From Macrostomum hystrix (lineage: Eukaryota > Animalia > Platyhelminthes): a stretch of DNA of 64,000 nucleotides. The stretch covers positions 744,001 through 808,000 of the forward strand of contig CATNEN010000041.1 of NCBI GenBank assembly GCA_950097015.1. Direction: 5' to 3'. The position numbers and the translations under genes are program-made. Positions 13,142-25,273 of the stretch are shown one piece after another. The notes below the pieces were generated by a model. That model was not told the origin of the DNA. It saw only the letters and a program-made list of their open reading frames with translations, and did no database searches. Numbering within the stretch: position 1 is the stretch's first letter; each line of letters begins with the position of its first letter.

Positions 13142-16100
13142 GAATTTTCCCACCGATCTCGACCCCGCCAGGCGCCAACGGGCGGGTGACCTACTCAATC
13201 GAGCCTCCGCCTGCGGCAGCCAGCTCGCCCGACAGCTTCCGCGTCGACGCGCTCACCGGAGCCATCAGCCTGCGGCTCGGCCACCGACTCGATCGCGAGA
13301 CCCGGCCGGTGCACCAGCTTCTCCTGGTTGCAAGGGACTCTGGCAATCCTGTCAGCCGCAGCTCCAGCCTCACTCTCAGCCTCAGCCTCATGGACGTCAA
13401 CGACAACCCACCGAGGTTCGCTAACGCCAGCCTGGAGGCGGCACTGTCCGAACTGACACCGGTCGGTCATCGTATCCTGCGCCTGCGCGCCAGCAGCAGC
13501 GACGCCGGCGCCAACGCCGACATTCGCTACCGCCTGCTGGATCACGATGGACTGTTCAGCGTGGACGCTGTGACTGGTACGAGTGCGGCCAGAATTTAAG
13601 GAAATTCTGGATTTGAGGTGGAAATACCTTGATTTGAAGGGTGGATTTATCTTAATTGGATGGGCGGATTTACCTTGACCTGAGGAGCGGATTTACCTTG
13701 ATTTGAGGGGCGGATTTATCTTAATTGGAGGGGCGGATTATCTTGACCTGAGGAGCGGATTTATCTTGATTGGAGGGGCGGATTATCTTGATTTGAAGGG
13801 TGGATTTATCTTAATTGGAGGGGCGGATTTACCTTGACCTGAGGAGCGGATTTACCTTGATTTGAGGGGCGGGTTTACTCGGATTAGCGTTGAGGATGTG
13901 ATTTCGGGAATCAAAGTGGCACAAAAATGGTGCATGCCTTGATCAGTTATGAAGGCGCCATAGCGACCAAGGTGCCAGGCCTTTTGTGACCGAGCACTTT
14001 GGGGTTGACGATCGATGGTGAGTTGTGCCAGATTTCTGTCATTGCATCGCCTGGCCTATCATTTTTGGCCGATCTGCTCAACTCTATGCTCGATGGACTC
14101 AATCTCTCGAGCCATAAAGCAGTGAGCTGCAGGCGGAGACAGATCAGAACTCTCCGAGCCCGCTCCCCGAGGGCGGCTTCCGCGCAGGAAATCCGCGGCC
14201 CGGCTGCAGGCGCGATCGGCCGTGTTGCCTGAACAGGGATCTGCTTGCAGGCTTCAATCGAATTCCTCAGAGCTCCTGGCTGATGTCGCTGGCCGGTGAC
14301 TGGCCGGATCAATGCTTGGCAGCGGCCTGGGGCGGGGGGAAGTGCGGCCCACCGGGCCTGTTTGCTCTCGGCTCGGCTCAGAATCAATTTTTGTGAGCTG
14401 TTTTTCAGCAAGCCAAATTAGCCGCTGGGAGCTGCGGGCGGGCAGTGCGGCCGCTTCCTGGCTCTGCATCTGTGTGCTCACTTTTTGCTTTCCTCTGCGG
14501 TGACTGCCTCCCACAGTCCGGTCATGAATTTGCGGGACTGCAGAGGCGCGAGGATTAGAAGGGGATGCGGGGGTTACTAATGGGTGCCAAGTTGGGGGTG
14601 GTGGGAAAATTGCCCCACCGATGCGGCGGGCCATGTCTGCAACAGGTGCAACGGGGGCATTGTTGCCGGGTGAGAAGCCAGCGGAGCTGCTGCGGGAAGC
14701 TGGGGGGGCAGCTTTGAAAAGCCTGACTGACTGACAGCTGTTTCTGGAGGCTGTCTTGGCCTTGGGGAATTCGGCAATGATGGTATTTGTAGTGCAAAGC
14801 GGGGAAATATTCCCTCAGAATTCCCGATGCGATTTTCTGAGCTCACTTGACGAGATCGCGGCGTGTTTAGAGCAGATTTTAGACTTTTTAAGAGCATATT
14901 CTCAGTTTAGGATTCCAGTAATTCTCACGCTGGAATGGCACTTCTTAGTGCCATTAGGATTTCATCCCCATTTCGTAAATTAGGGATTTCCGTTTCCTCG
15001 TGAGATTATCTTCTCGATTAGGATTACATCCCATACCATATCTCTCGTCTAGGAATTTTTTCCGTATTTGAGATTTCACCCCATTTTGGATTCTTCCCAT
15101 TTAGAATTTTATACCCTTTTCGGGTTCTTCCCATTTAGAATTTTATCCCCATTTTTGGTTCTTCCCATTTTGGATTCTTCCCAAATATAATTCTATCCCC
15201 ATTTGAGAATCTTGTCAGTTTATGAGATTTGCTACTCACCAGGAATCTTTCAGTTTAAATTGCATGTTTTTCAAACCCATCGTGAATCTTTCTGATTTCA
15301 AATCCCATCACTGCTCACCGCAGGCGAGCTCAGCCTGAAATCCCCTCTGGACTACGAGCGCCGTCGCGAGTTCCACCTGACGGTCCGTGCCTTTGACACC
15401 AGCGCCCGGCCGCTCAGCGCCACAGCGGTTGTCACCGTCCGCGTCCTGGATGAGAACGACAACGCGCCGGAGTTCCCGCCGGGTGGCTTCAATGTCACCA
15501 CCCGGGAGAACGCCGACCCCGGCACCCGCCTGCCAGTGGACATTGTGGCCAGGGACGCGGACTCCGGGGACAACGCCAGGCTGGCCTACAGCATCCAGGC
15601 CGGGGATCCCGACGGCATGTTCACCCTGGACCCCGCCTCCGGCAGCTTCTACGCCCGACGTCGACTTGACCGCGAGACGCAGAACAGCTACAGCCTGACT
15701 GTCACGGCCGCTGACCACGGCAGGCCGCCGCTCACAGCCACCACCACCGTGCGGGTGGCCGTGCTGGACCAGAACGACTGCAGGCCGCAGTTTGACCGGC
15801 CGGAGCTCAACTTTATCGTGCAGGTGCGGGCTGCGCTGTCTTCATTCTAGCTGCTTCGGAGTCCACTGGTTTAGTCCCTCCTGCTTCCCACTCACTGCCA
15901 CGAGTTTCGCCTTCACAGTCTCATATCCGCTACCTCGGTTCCGGATTGCTGCCATTTCCACTCCCTCGCTGCCATTTCCACTCCCTCGCTGCCATTTCCA
16001 CTCCTATACTCTCAGACCTCGTCTGTAAATTGTAAGCAGCAATCTCTGCCCGAGCAGTTCCGTATCAGTCTGTTCAGAGGCAACCGAAATTGCTGCCGCA

Positions 16101-19100
16101 AATTCACTGCCACAAGAAGAAATTTTTAATTCCGCGGCACCTGCGGCTCAAGCAATTCAAATTTCTAAACGTAGCCTCAGTCCCAGAACAAGCAAAATTT
16201 GTTTTTCCCTGACTTTCGCTCCTCGCAAAAATTGCAGGTTGATGACGCCGGCAATGTCACACAGCAGCCGTACCTGGTGAGTTGCCGGGGCGGGCGTCCA
16301 CCCCCACTCACTGTTGCTGCTGCAAAACTGATTAAATTATGCTTCGAAAACAATGAACACGGATTTGGAGCCACGCGCAAATAGTACTACTGCGATGCTT
16401 GTTGTTAGTAGACTAAGTGCGCTGTTCTATTGAATAGTCTCATCAATGTAAAGCTTGATTAAATCGAACATAATATGCTAACTTGACTACTGACAAGTTG
16501 CATTTGTTCAGTAGCTTGACTGCGCCGTTCGCCCGAAACAACCCCTGTCCAGGAGGACACAGACCCGGAGGATCCGAGCGCCGCCGTCATCCACGTGACC
16601 GATTGCGACGCGCCGCCAAACGGCGGTCCGTTCGTCTGGTCGGTGGTGGAGGGCAACAGCGTGAAGTACACGGTGAACTCCGGCCGCCTGCGGCTCAGCG
16701 AGGGCTTCCCGCAGACACCCGGCACTGAGCGCCTCCAAGTTCAGGCGTGCGACGGGGGCGAGGTCATTCTGTGAGTTGGCGCTGGAGGACGCATTGGGCT
16801 GATTCCTTAGTTGCTTCGCCTCGGATTGATTTTTTAGCTGATTCCAACGGGGAATTTTCCAGGCGGATTCCTCCCCAATTGAGCCGCTAGGATTCTTCTG
16901 CTTCTAAATATTAATAATAATTGCAGGTGGGCTGCGGGCAGTGCCACTTCATTTGGTGACACTAGACCCGCAGCCAGCGAGGAGGCAATTCTGCCCATTC
17001 CGCTGACTCCTGAGCACACACACACACAGATACCGTACGCAGGCACACGCTCACACAGGGGTGTACATCTGCCCTGACTTTCTCATCTCTTCTGCTCTGG
17101 CAGTGTGCACTTCACTGTGCCTTGGAGGCTGGCCCTCAAGGACTTAAATCGCACGACAAGCCCCCAAGCCTTCTCTCCGCGGCTGCACCCCAAATGAATG
17201 CGGAATCGAGCTCAGGGACCTTGGAGCGAGAGGCAAGCGCGTTAGACCGCTCTGCCACTCAGCCCTCTTGTGTTTTGGAAATCCCATTTGATCAAAGTTC
17301 CGTAGAATCAGAGTTGTCGTCTCCACCTCATCCCCAGCTGCAACAGCGCCCGCGTGAACGTCCGCACGGTGCGCGCCCAGGCCGCACCTCCCCGGGTGCT
17401 GCCGCAGAACATCACCGCCGTGTTCACCGAGCCCCCGGCGACCGGCCTTCGCCTAGGCGGCGTCGCACTCGCCGGCGGGCGCCAGGCCGACGACTCGGCG
17501 GTGCGGCTGCGGCTGGCCAGCCACGCGGATCGGTTCCAGCTGCAGCGCTCCGGCGATCTGCTGGTTGCCAATGGCAACCTAGCCGCGTCCAGGTCCGACT
17601 ATCGGCTGCGGGTGCGGGCCGAAACTTCCGATGGGCTGCGTTCCTCGCAGGAGCTGCGACTGCGCGTCGTCATGGTTACCGACGACATGCTGCAGAGCGC
17701 CGTTGGACTGAGGCTGCCCAATGAGAGCAGCTTTACCTACGTGTACGGCGGCATGGAGTTTGCGACCAGGGAGGAGGTGGGGGCTCAGTTAGCTAGCCAT
17801 CGAATAGATCATTCAATAAGCAGATTTTGTGCAATGCCGATTGACTTTCGTTCAAACCGCACGCAGATCGCTCAGCAGCTGGCAGTCGATCCTGACGACG
17901 TCTTCGTCCTGGGCGTGCAGAGCACCGATGAGACAGTCGAAGGCGACGCCAGAGGGAGCGTCAGTGAGGGCGACGACCTGATGGTGGCTGTTGCTGTGTA
18001 CAATCGCCGCGATCGACGCTTCCTCAGCCGCGCCGAGCTGGCGGCTCGACTTATCTCCGAACGATTGTCTTCGACGCTCGGTAGTGGTCGCAGAGTTGTC
18101 ATAGCGACCGCTGACGCTGCCGGCCGTTGCTCACTGGAGGCCCGCTTGTCGACGCCGCCGACGCCGGCCGCCAATCGGCTGGCCACCGCGCGCGCCTCCT
18201 TCCTCGGTCCGCGGCTTCGAATGCGCGCCCCGCCCGCCACCGACGCCTGCTGGCGAGGCGCCGCAATGTTGCCCTCCCACGGGGCGACGGAACTGCCTAC
18301 GTCGGCTACTTTTCACGCGCTTGGCGAGGCACGCGCTGTCTGGAGTCTCAACGGCGGCCTGCAGCGGCTGCGGCTGGAGCTGCGCACCGTCCAGACCCAG
18401 CCGGGCCCGGTGTTGACCGTCCGGTCAGCCAGTGGGCAGCGGACGGTGTTGCAGCTACGCCTGCAGTCGGACGGCCGGCTGTCCGTTGGTCCGGCTGACG
18501 CCAACGCCGTCTGGGCCACCTCCGTAGCGCCGGTCACCGATGGTCGATGGCACAGCGCCGAAGTGCGCATCCTGAGGCCGCCTGCTGTCTCCACTGCTGA
18601 CGGGTGAGCGATTAGTGGAGCCTCTGTTGCTTCATTGGGGTGTCAGTTCCTTCAAGGGGTTTCAGTTGCTTTAGCGGAGTCTTCATCCCCATCATGACCT
18701 TCATCAGTAGCAGCTCCAGCGCCATCGTGGAGCTCCTAGTGGACTCGATAGATCCTCAGTTCGGCAGCCCCCCTGCCGACTCGACGCTGGCCTCGCCCTC
18801 GTCTGACACACACGAAGTCGCCCTGGGGCCCGGCTTCACCGGCTGCTTGCGCGATCTCCGCGGACCGACTGGGGCGCCGCGCCTCCGGCAGACCAGCGCG
18901 TCCGAAGGCCTCCGGCCGGGCTGCTCGGACAGCCTGCTGGCTGAGCCCTGCGCACGGACTCCCTGTCAGAACGGCGGAGCCTGCGAGAGCGCCAACCCCG
19001 CCAACCCAGCAAACGGCGGGTCGGCGTTCACCTGCCGCTGCCCCAGTCCCTATGTCGGCTATCGCTGCGAGGTAAACGCGGAGCCCTGCTCGACCGCCTC

Positions 19101-22100
19101 CGTCGCCGCTGGCCGCTGTCGCAACGGCGGCCGCTGCCGCAGCGGGCCAAGCCTCGGTCAGGCCGACTGCGACTGCTCCGGCACCGGCTTCGAGGGCGAC
19201 ACCTGCGAGCGCGACATCGACGAATGCCGACTGGCGCCGCCGCCCGGCCTCTGCAACGGCCGCGGCGTCTGCCTGAATCTGCCCGGCAGCTTCCACTGCA
19301 ACTGCACGAGAGGCTTCGTCGGCCCGTCCTGTGTTGGTCAGCCCGGACTCTCCACTGACGGCAGCTCAGGGGGAGTCACCACTGCCTCCTTCAGCCCGCT
19401 GGCGGTGGCCACCGTGGCCGGCTCCGCCCTGCTGCTGGTCGTGCTGGCCTTCGTTGTCTTCCTGTGCGTCTCCTGCCTGTGCAGGCGGCACGGCACTGGA
19501 AGCGCCGCCAACGGCGTCAACGGTCGGCGCAGGAAGTCGCGCGGTCGCCATGGTAACGGCCACCACTGCAACGGAAACGGGTCGCCAGCCTCGGCCTACG
19601 GCTGCGAGCTGCTGCACGACCCGGCCGAGGCGGTGGCCCTCGTCACCCTGGCCAGCGGGGAGACCCGCTTGGTGCCGCAGAAGGAGCTGGGCTCGCTCGG
19701 CGTCAGCCTCGGCCCGCTGCACTCCGCCGGCCCTAGCCCGACCTACGCCTGCTACGAGCGACCCCGGCCGCCGTCTTCCGTTGCCACTACAGCCATCGGC
19801 AACGGCCGCTACGCCGCCCACCTACCCGCCGCCGAGTCGATGTCCGGCACTCCGACACGCTGTGTGACTCCGCGCGGCAACGGCGGCGGCTACCCGCCGA
19901 GATTCCCCGCCCGCCTGCCTTCTGCGTCGGCCGCCGGAACTTTGGGTGACTTCCTGGTTGACGAGCAAGGTAAATTACGGTTCAAGCATGCTTGCAGACT
20001 ACTTATACTCACGTTACACAAGTAGACTATGCCGGGCATGCTTCCTTATTTTATGATCGTTTATCGATATTGCTTAACTGTACTGGCTATTGTCCTGCGT
20101 ACTTAATATACCCGAGGGCTTCTCGACTTAACTGGACTGTCAACTGATAGACTGTGCTGTCAGCTGATAGACTGGACTGTCAACTGATAGACTGGGCTGT
20201 CAACTGTCAAACTGGGCTGTCAACTGTCAAACTGGGCTGTCAACTGTCAAACTGGGCTGTCAACTGTCAAACTGGGCTGTCAACTGTTAAACTGGGCTGT
20301 CAACTGTCAAACTGGGCTGTCAACTGTCAAACTGGGCTGTCAACTGTTAAACTGGGCTGTCAACTGTCAAACTGGGCTGTCAACAGTTTAGCGTGCCAGT
20401 TTTTTCATATCTGAGTTTTTTGTTGATCAACGGTGGGAGTAACTATGTGTTTTAGCATATAGCTCGATGCCTCATCATCTTGTTAGTTGAGCACTGGGCT
20501 CCTACTGCACTGGGCTGCACTCAAGCACTCAATCAGTGGCTGGGCGATGAAGTGCGTGGCAGATCTGGAAGAACCCGAACACGCATTTCAGGGCCGCTCC
20601 CCGCCGCTGCCCGCCCGCAGCCGGTTGTTTACCTCAGACAAGTAAAAGCATTATGAGTTCGGTGCATTAGTGTCCAGCACTACAGTAGAGTGCTTGCTAA
20701 TCATTAGCTCGCTATTATTCTATTATTGCTTTCATTTTGTGTTAATTTCTTCGACTCGAGTGCAATAGAAGTTGTGCGCCCACCCCAGTCGCAGTCCTCC
20801 CGTGCGCCTCCAGTGTTCTTCTGTTGGTCTTGTGCATTTATGTCCTATCAGTGCATTATCCAACACGCCGCTTATCTGTGTTAATCTAGATCACTAATTC
20901 TTTGTTATACTCGCCAGTGAGGCTAAGAAGCTGTTCTGCATTAAGCATTACTCTCGTCCGTTTAACCCCATTGCGGTTCCATGATGGACTCTAGGACCAT
21001 CATCTGTTAGACATTAGCCATGTCTGTTTGACATCAGCCATACCTGTTAGACATCAGCCATACACGTTAGACATCAGCCATACACGATAGACATCAGCCA
21101 TACCTGTTAGTCATCAGCCATACCTGTTAGCCATCAGCCATACCTGTTAGACATCAGCCATACCTGTTAGACATCAGCCATACCTGTTAGACATCAGCCA
21201 TACCTGTTAGACATCAGCCATACCTGTTAGACATCAGCCATACACGTTAGACATCAGCCATACACGATAGACATCAGCCATACCTGTTAGACATCAGCCA
21301 TACCTGTTAGACATCAGCCATACCTGTTAGACAGGGTGAGGATTGTTATAAAATACCCTTGGCTACTATGCTACGCAGCAAAGCACCTACAATAGAACTG
21401 TTATGAGCTAGAATGCAGGGATGAAAGGAGAAAGCCCTGCTGCCGCCATTTTCCAGGAATTCGTTTGGCCCATTGCGGACACAGCTGGCAGTGCAGCTGT
21501 TGGATGCGCAGAGGTGTGAATTTACAGTTAAATGTTTGCTGCTGCTGCTGCAGTGGCTGCTGAGTAGCGATGAATGCTTCGGTCAGTTGATTGGCTAACA
21601 CTAAGCGAATTAAAAGTGCATTTTAACTAAAACGCTGCGTGCCTCATTTCGATCCTCGGCCAGCCAGGGCGTTTCCAATCTGTCTTGTGCTAACATAATT
21701 TATAATTAACCAGCGGATTTAAGACTGCTCACGACTCATCAGCTTTGTTAGTCTTTTGTTTTGTCATAAAATCCTAGTTTGATTCGTTGGCGCCTTCAGT
21801 AATTTAATTTAACTTCGCGCATAAATCAGCTTTCTCCAGTGTTAACTGGCTTTGTTTTATAATCCTAAAACAAATGAATATATCCATGAGCTACTTATTC
21901 TACTGCTAGTAGGCCTGCTTCGAATATAACCCGAAAATGTTTATTAGACATTCGAAAAGTTGGCCTAACAAAATCGCTTTCTAGAGCAATATCTCACCAG
22001 AGTCACTGGTCCTAAACCCATCTGGCCTCGCATGTCCGATTGCAGTCCAAACATTTCAGCGAACCCAACAACCCCGCAGGCTACCACTGGGACACGACAG

Positions 22101-22756
22101 ACTGGAACTCTGCGGCCAATCCGCCGGACCTGATCCCCGAGCACAGCCCCTACTGCGTCTACTCCGGGCCCAACGGCCTGCAGTACCTTTCGCACAGCCG
22201 CTGTGGTGGCGGCTGCGGCGGCGCCGCGGGATCCTCCGGCTTCAGCTCGCCTGCCAATCACCATCAGCACCATCAGCACCATCAGCATCATCAGCACCAC
22301 CAGATGCTGCGGCCCGCCAACTCGCTGCTTCTCTCAGCCTCGGCCTCCGCCTCCGTCGCCGGAAGCCTCCGCGGTGTTGGCGGCGGTGGCTGCTGCAGCC
22401 GATGCGGTGGTGCGGGTGGCGGCGGCAGCTTCGAGTCGCTTGGAAGCGGCCTGTCCAGCCAGCCTCGGGGCTTGGCGACGCCGCGTCAGCAGCAGCTGCC
22501 CCCACTGGACGCTGATGGTGAGGCTGATGTCGTTGCCGTTGATGGCTCGCAGGTTGCGCTGCTGCCACCGTCGACAGTCGCCGCTTCGCCGTCGGCTTCC
22601 TCAACGGCGTCGCCCGCGTCAACGACCATCCCGGCAACTGTCTTCGCGAATGTGTCGTCCCCGCCGCTGATTGAATCACCGAACGAAGGCGCCAACGACG
22701 AAAACTTTGTTGCCATGGCAACATCGTCGGGTGGACAGGCGGAGACCCTGGCCTGA
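13142..22756 (+). CDS. Fat-like protocadherin (FAT1-3 / Drosophila fat2-kugelei type), 3' part. Approximate exons 13142-13576, 15324-15823, 16553-16770, 17338-17776, 17867-18603, 18720-19969, 20563-20641, ~22046-22756
   Basis: Cadherin motifs LDRE, LDYE, DVNDNPPRF, DENDNAPEF, DQNDCRPQF, DxDxxPNGxPF; LamG (LELRT, VTDGRWH, GFTGCLRDL); three EGF repeats including Ca-binding DIDEC; TM AVATVAGSALLLVVLAFVVFLCVSCLC; tail motif GYHWDTTDW resembles FAT1/3 YHWDTSDW. GT-AG junctions keep phase from 13576 to 20641; the junction into the last exon is unresolved. Confidence 0.88.
13620..13880. repeat. Degenerate ~25-bp intronic minisatellite (GGCGGATTTAYCTTGATTTGARG-like)
   Basis: Direct tandem similarity. 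Confidence 0.8.
17020..17267 (-). mobile_element. tRNA-derived SINE, family A, copy 1
   Basis: Minus-strand head GGGCTGAGTGGCAGAGCGGTCTAACGCG...GAGCTCGATTCC (A and B boxes); (TG)n-like tail; homologous to 50920-51120 and 54900-55158. Confidence 0.8.
20130..20385. repeat. Minisatellite, 20-bp unit AACTGGGCTGTCAACTGTCA
   Basis: Direct. Confidence 0.95.
21003..21332. repeat. Minisatellite, 20-bp unit TACCTGTTAGACATCAGCCA
   Basis: Direct. Confidence 0.95.
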
Positions 22757-22857
22757 GGGTGGGTCGGCTCATTCGTTCATCCAAAATCGCTCAGCTTCCA
22801 AAAGTAATCATTTACTATTAGTGAACTTGGGTAATTATGCGCCATAAGTGAATTTTA

Positions 22858-22980
22858 GGACTCTGCACTTTTAGTGAACTTGAGTGCTCGTGGACTATTA
22901 GTGAACTTGAGTACTCATGGACTATTTGTGCACTTGAGTACTCGTGGACTATTAGTGAACTTGAGTACTCATTAGTGAAG
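22858..22980. repeat. Short degenerate tandem repeat (~28 bp, TATTAGTGAACTTGAGTACTCRTGGAC)
   Basis: About 4 imperfect copies. Confidence 0.75.
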
Positions 22981-23559
22981 TTGTGCGAACTCCAGCATCC
23001 GGTATGCAGTTTGGCACGCAGGTTCGACTCCTTCTGCTTTCTGAATTTATCATTGAAGAGCTCAGATAAATTTGGAGCAGCACGGGCACTTGTGTGACCT
23101 CAGATTGAGTGCGACTGCAGAGTTTTTAGGTGTCATCAACCCAGCATGGACTGTTACTCAAGTGCTATCCAAAACGCGTTTCATTGTAAAATTACTTTTC
23201 ATTCAGCTTGTCAGATTGTAAAAAGCAAAACTTGACCAGATCTGCATGACCCGATCGATAAGCGTCATGTGATCTGGTTTGCTTGGAGATGCATGGTTGT
23301 CAGTTTTAGCTTGTTAACGTCTCGTGCTTGCATCTTTACATGCCGCTTTTGTTGAAAAATAAAAATCGGTCGATCAATGATTATTGACTCACAACTAGTG
23401 CTGATGCAATTTCATGAATGAGCTTAGTTAACTTCAATTTCAAATTTTTTTGACTTCAACAAAGCTACCTCACCCGAATATCGAGAACCTTAAAATTGAG
23501 CTAAAGCATGTTTATTTTCAATGACTTCCATTGAAGGCGAAAATGGAGAGATTTTGGTT

Positions 23560-24215
23560 GCAAAATGAAGGACCAGTGATACAAAATGAAGGACCAGTGA
23601 TACAAAATGAAGGACCAGTGATACAAAATGAAGGACCAGTGATACAAAATGAAGGACCGGTGATACAAAATGAAGGACCGGTGATACAAAATGAAGGACC
23701 GGTGATACAAAATGAAGGACCGGTGATACAAAATGAAGGACCAGTAATACAAAATGAAGGATCGGTGATACAAAATGAAGGACCGGTGATACAAAATGAA
23801 GGATCGGTGATACAAAATGAAGGACCGGTGATACAAAATGAAGGACCGGTGATACAAAATGAAGGATCGGTGATACAAAATGAAGGATCGGTGATACAAA
23901 ATGAAGGACCGGTGATACAAAATGAAGGACCGGTGATACAAAATGAAGGACCGGTGATACAAAATGAAGGACCGGTGATACAAAATGAAGGACCGGTGAT
24001 ACAAAATGAAGGATCGGTGATACAAAATGAAGGATCGGTGATGCAAAATGAAGGATCGGTGATACAAAATGAAGGATCGGTGATACAAATTGAAGGACCA
24101 GTGATACAAAATGAAGGACCGGTGATGCAAAATGAAGGATCGGTGATACAAAATGAAGGACCGGTGATGCAAAATGAAGGACCGGTGATGCAAAATGAAG
24201 GACCAGTGATAAAAA
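23560..24215. repeat. Minisatellite, 21-bp unit CAAAATGAAGGAYCRGTGATA, about 31 copies
   Basis: Direct. Confidence 0.95.
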
Positions 24216-24229
24216 AATGAAGGACAAGA

Positions 24230-24445
24230 AGTGTGGGAAACTGCCAAAACTCTCAGTAGCTCAGGGTGGGAAACTGCCAAAACTCTCAGTAGCTCAGTGT
24301 GGGAAACTGCCAAAACTCTCAGTAGCTCAGGGTGGGAAACTGCCAAAACTCTCAGTAGCTCAGGGTGGGAAACTGCCAAAACTCTCAGTAGCTCAGGGTG
24401 GGAAACTGCCAAAACTCTCAGTAGCTCAGGGTGGGAAACTGTCAA
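24230..24445. repeat. Minisatellite, 33-bp unit GTGGGAAACTGCCAAAACTCTCAGTAGCTCAGG, about 6.5 copies
   Basis: Direct. Confidence 0.95.
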
Positions 24446-24565
24446 ACTATAGGAATATTTGCAAGCCCTATATGGGTGGCAAAAGGCCGGGTGGATCGCT
24501 GTGATTCAACTTGCCTGAACAGCAACCATGCAGCGCACTTAACTGTCTGAGCATGCCAGAATTCT

Positions 24566-25273
24566 TCAGCTACCAATACCTGTAGCCGTAGTCGAAGATG
24601 AAGTCGTCTTCATGCGCGTCGCGGTGCCGGACGCGCATCTCACGAGGTCGAAGCCAAAACACTCCAGCTGGCGCACCGGCTCGATGTCGTTGTCGATAAC
24701 GAATATTCGGCTGCCGTTCTCCTGCCGCAGCAGCTGCGGCAGCCAGTCGGTGACGAAACTTGTCTTGAGCCGCACCTCGGCATAGCTCAGCAGGATCAGG
24801 TCGTAGCGACATCCGGAGTCCCACGTGGAGCTGATGTACTCCTCCATGCTGCGGCCCAGGTGAAACTGCTCTGGGAAGCTGCTGATTGGCCCCTGCAGAG
24901 CTAACGCCGCGGCTGCCTCATGGAACGGCTGGAGCGGCCAATCAAACATGTCGACACCGGTGACGCCCACCTGAAGCGGTCCCAGACCCTCCGACTTGGC
25001 CACCAGCTGGAACACGTCCATGGCGGCAAGAAGGTCGCTGCCTGAGCCGCAGCCGAGTGACAGGACCTCATAGCTGGTGCTGCTGGCGTTCGAGCCCATG
25101 ATGGCGTCATAGAGCTCGGCTTGAATCAGCCGGCGAATGGACAGCCGCTTCTTCGGGAGCTCGCACGCTGTGTATGAGGCCCTAAATTCACTAGATTGGT
25201 AGAACCCTAAGTTTCCTTTGTCGCCTGACTGAAGCCAGTTCTCATACGTATAATAGCTCAAGTTAGAGGCCAT
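24566..25273 (-). CDS. MT1: class I SAM-dependent methyltransferase-like protein, single ORF
   Basis: Motif I VLSLGCGSGSDLL, motif II VTGVD, motif IV YDLILLSY, IFVIDN; homologous to MT2, MT3 and MT5. ATG at 25273 is directly preceded by an acceptor-like TTATTTTAACCAG. Confidence 0.75.
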   Translation of the reverse strand: MASNLSYYTYENWLQSGDKGNLGFYQSSEFRASYTACELPKKRLSIRRLIQAELYDAIMGSNASSTSYEVLSLGCGSGSDLLAAMDVFQLVAKSEGLGPLQVGVTGVDMFDWPLQPFHEAAAALALQGPISSFPEQFHLGRSMEEYISSTWDSGCRYDLILLSYAEVRLKTSFVTDWLPQLLRQENGSRIFVIDNDIEPVRQLECFGFDLVRCASGTATRMKTTSSSTTATGIGS

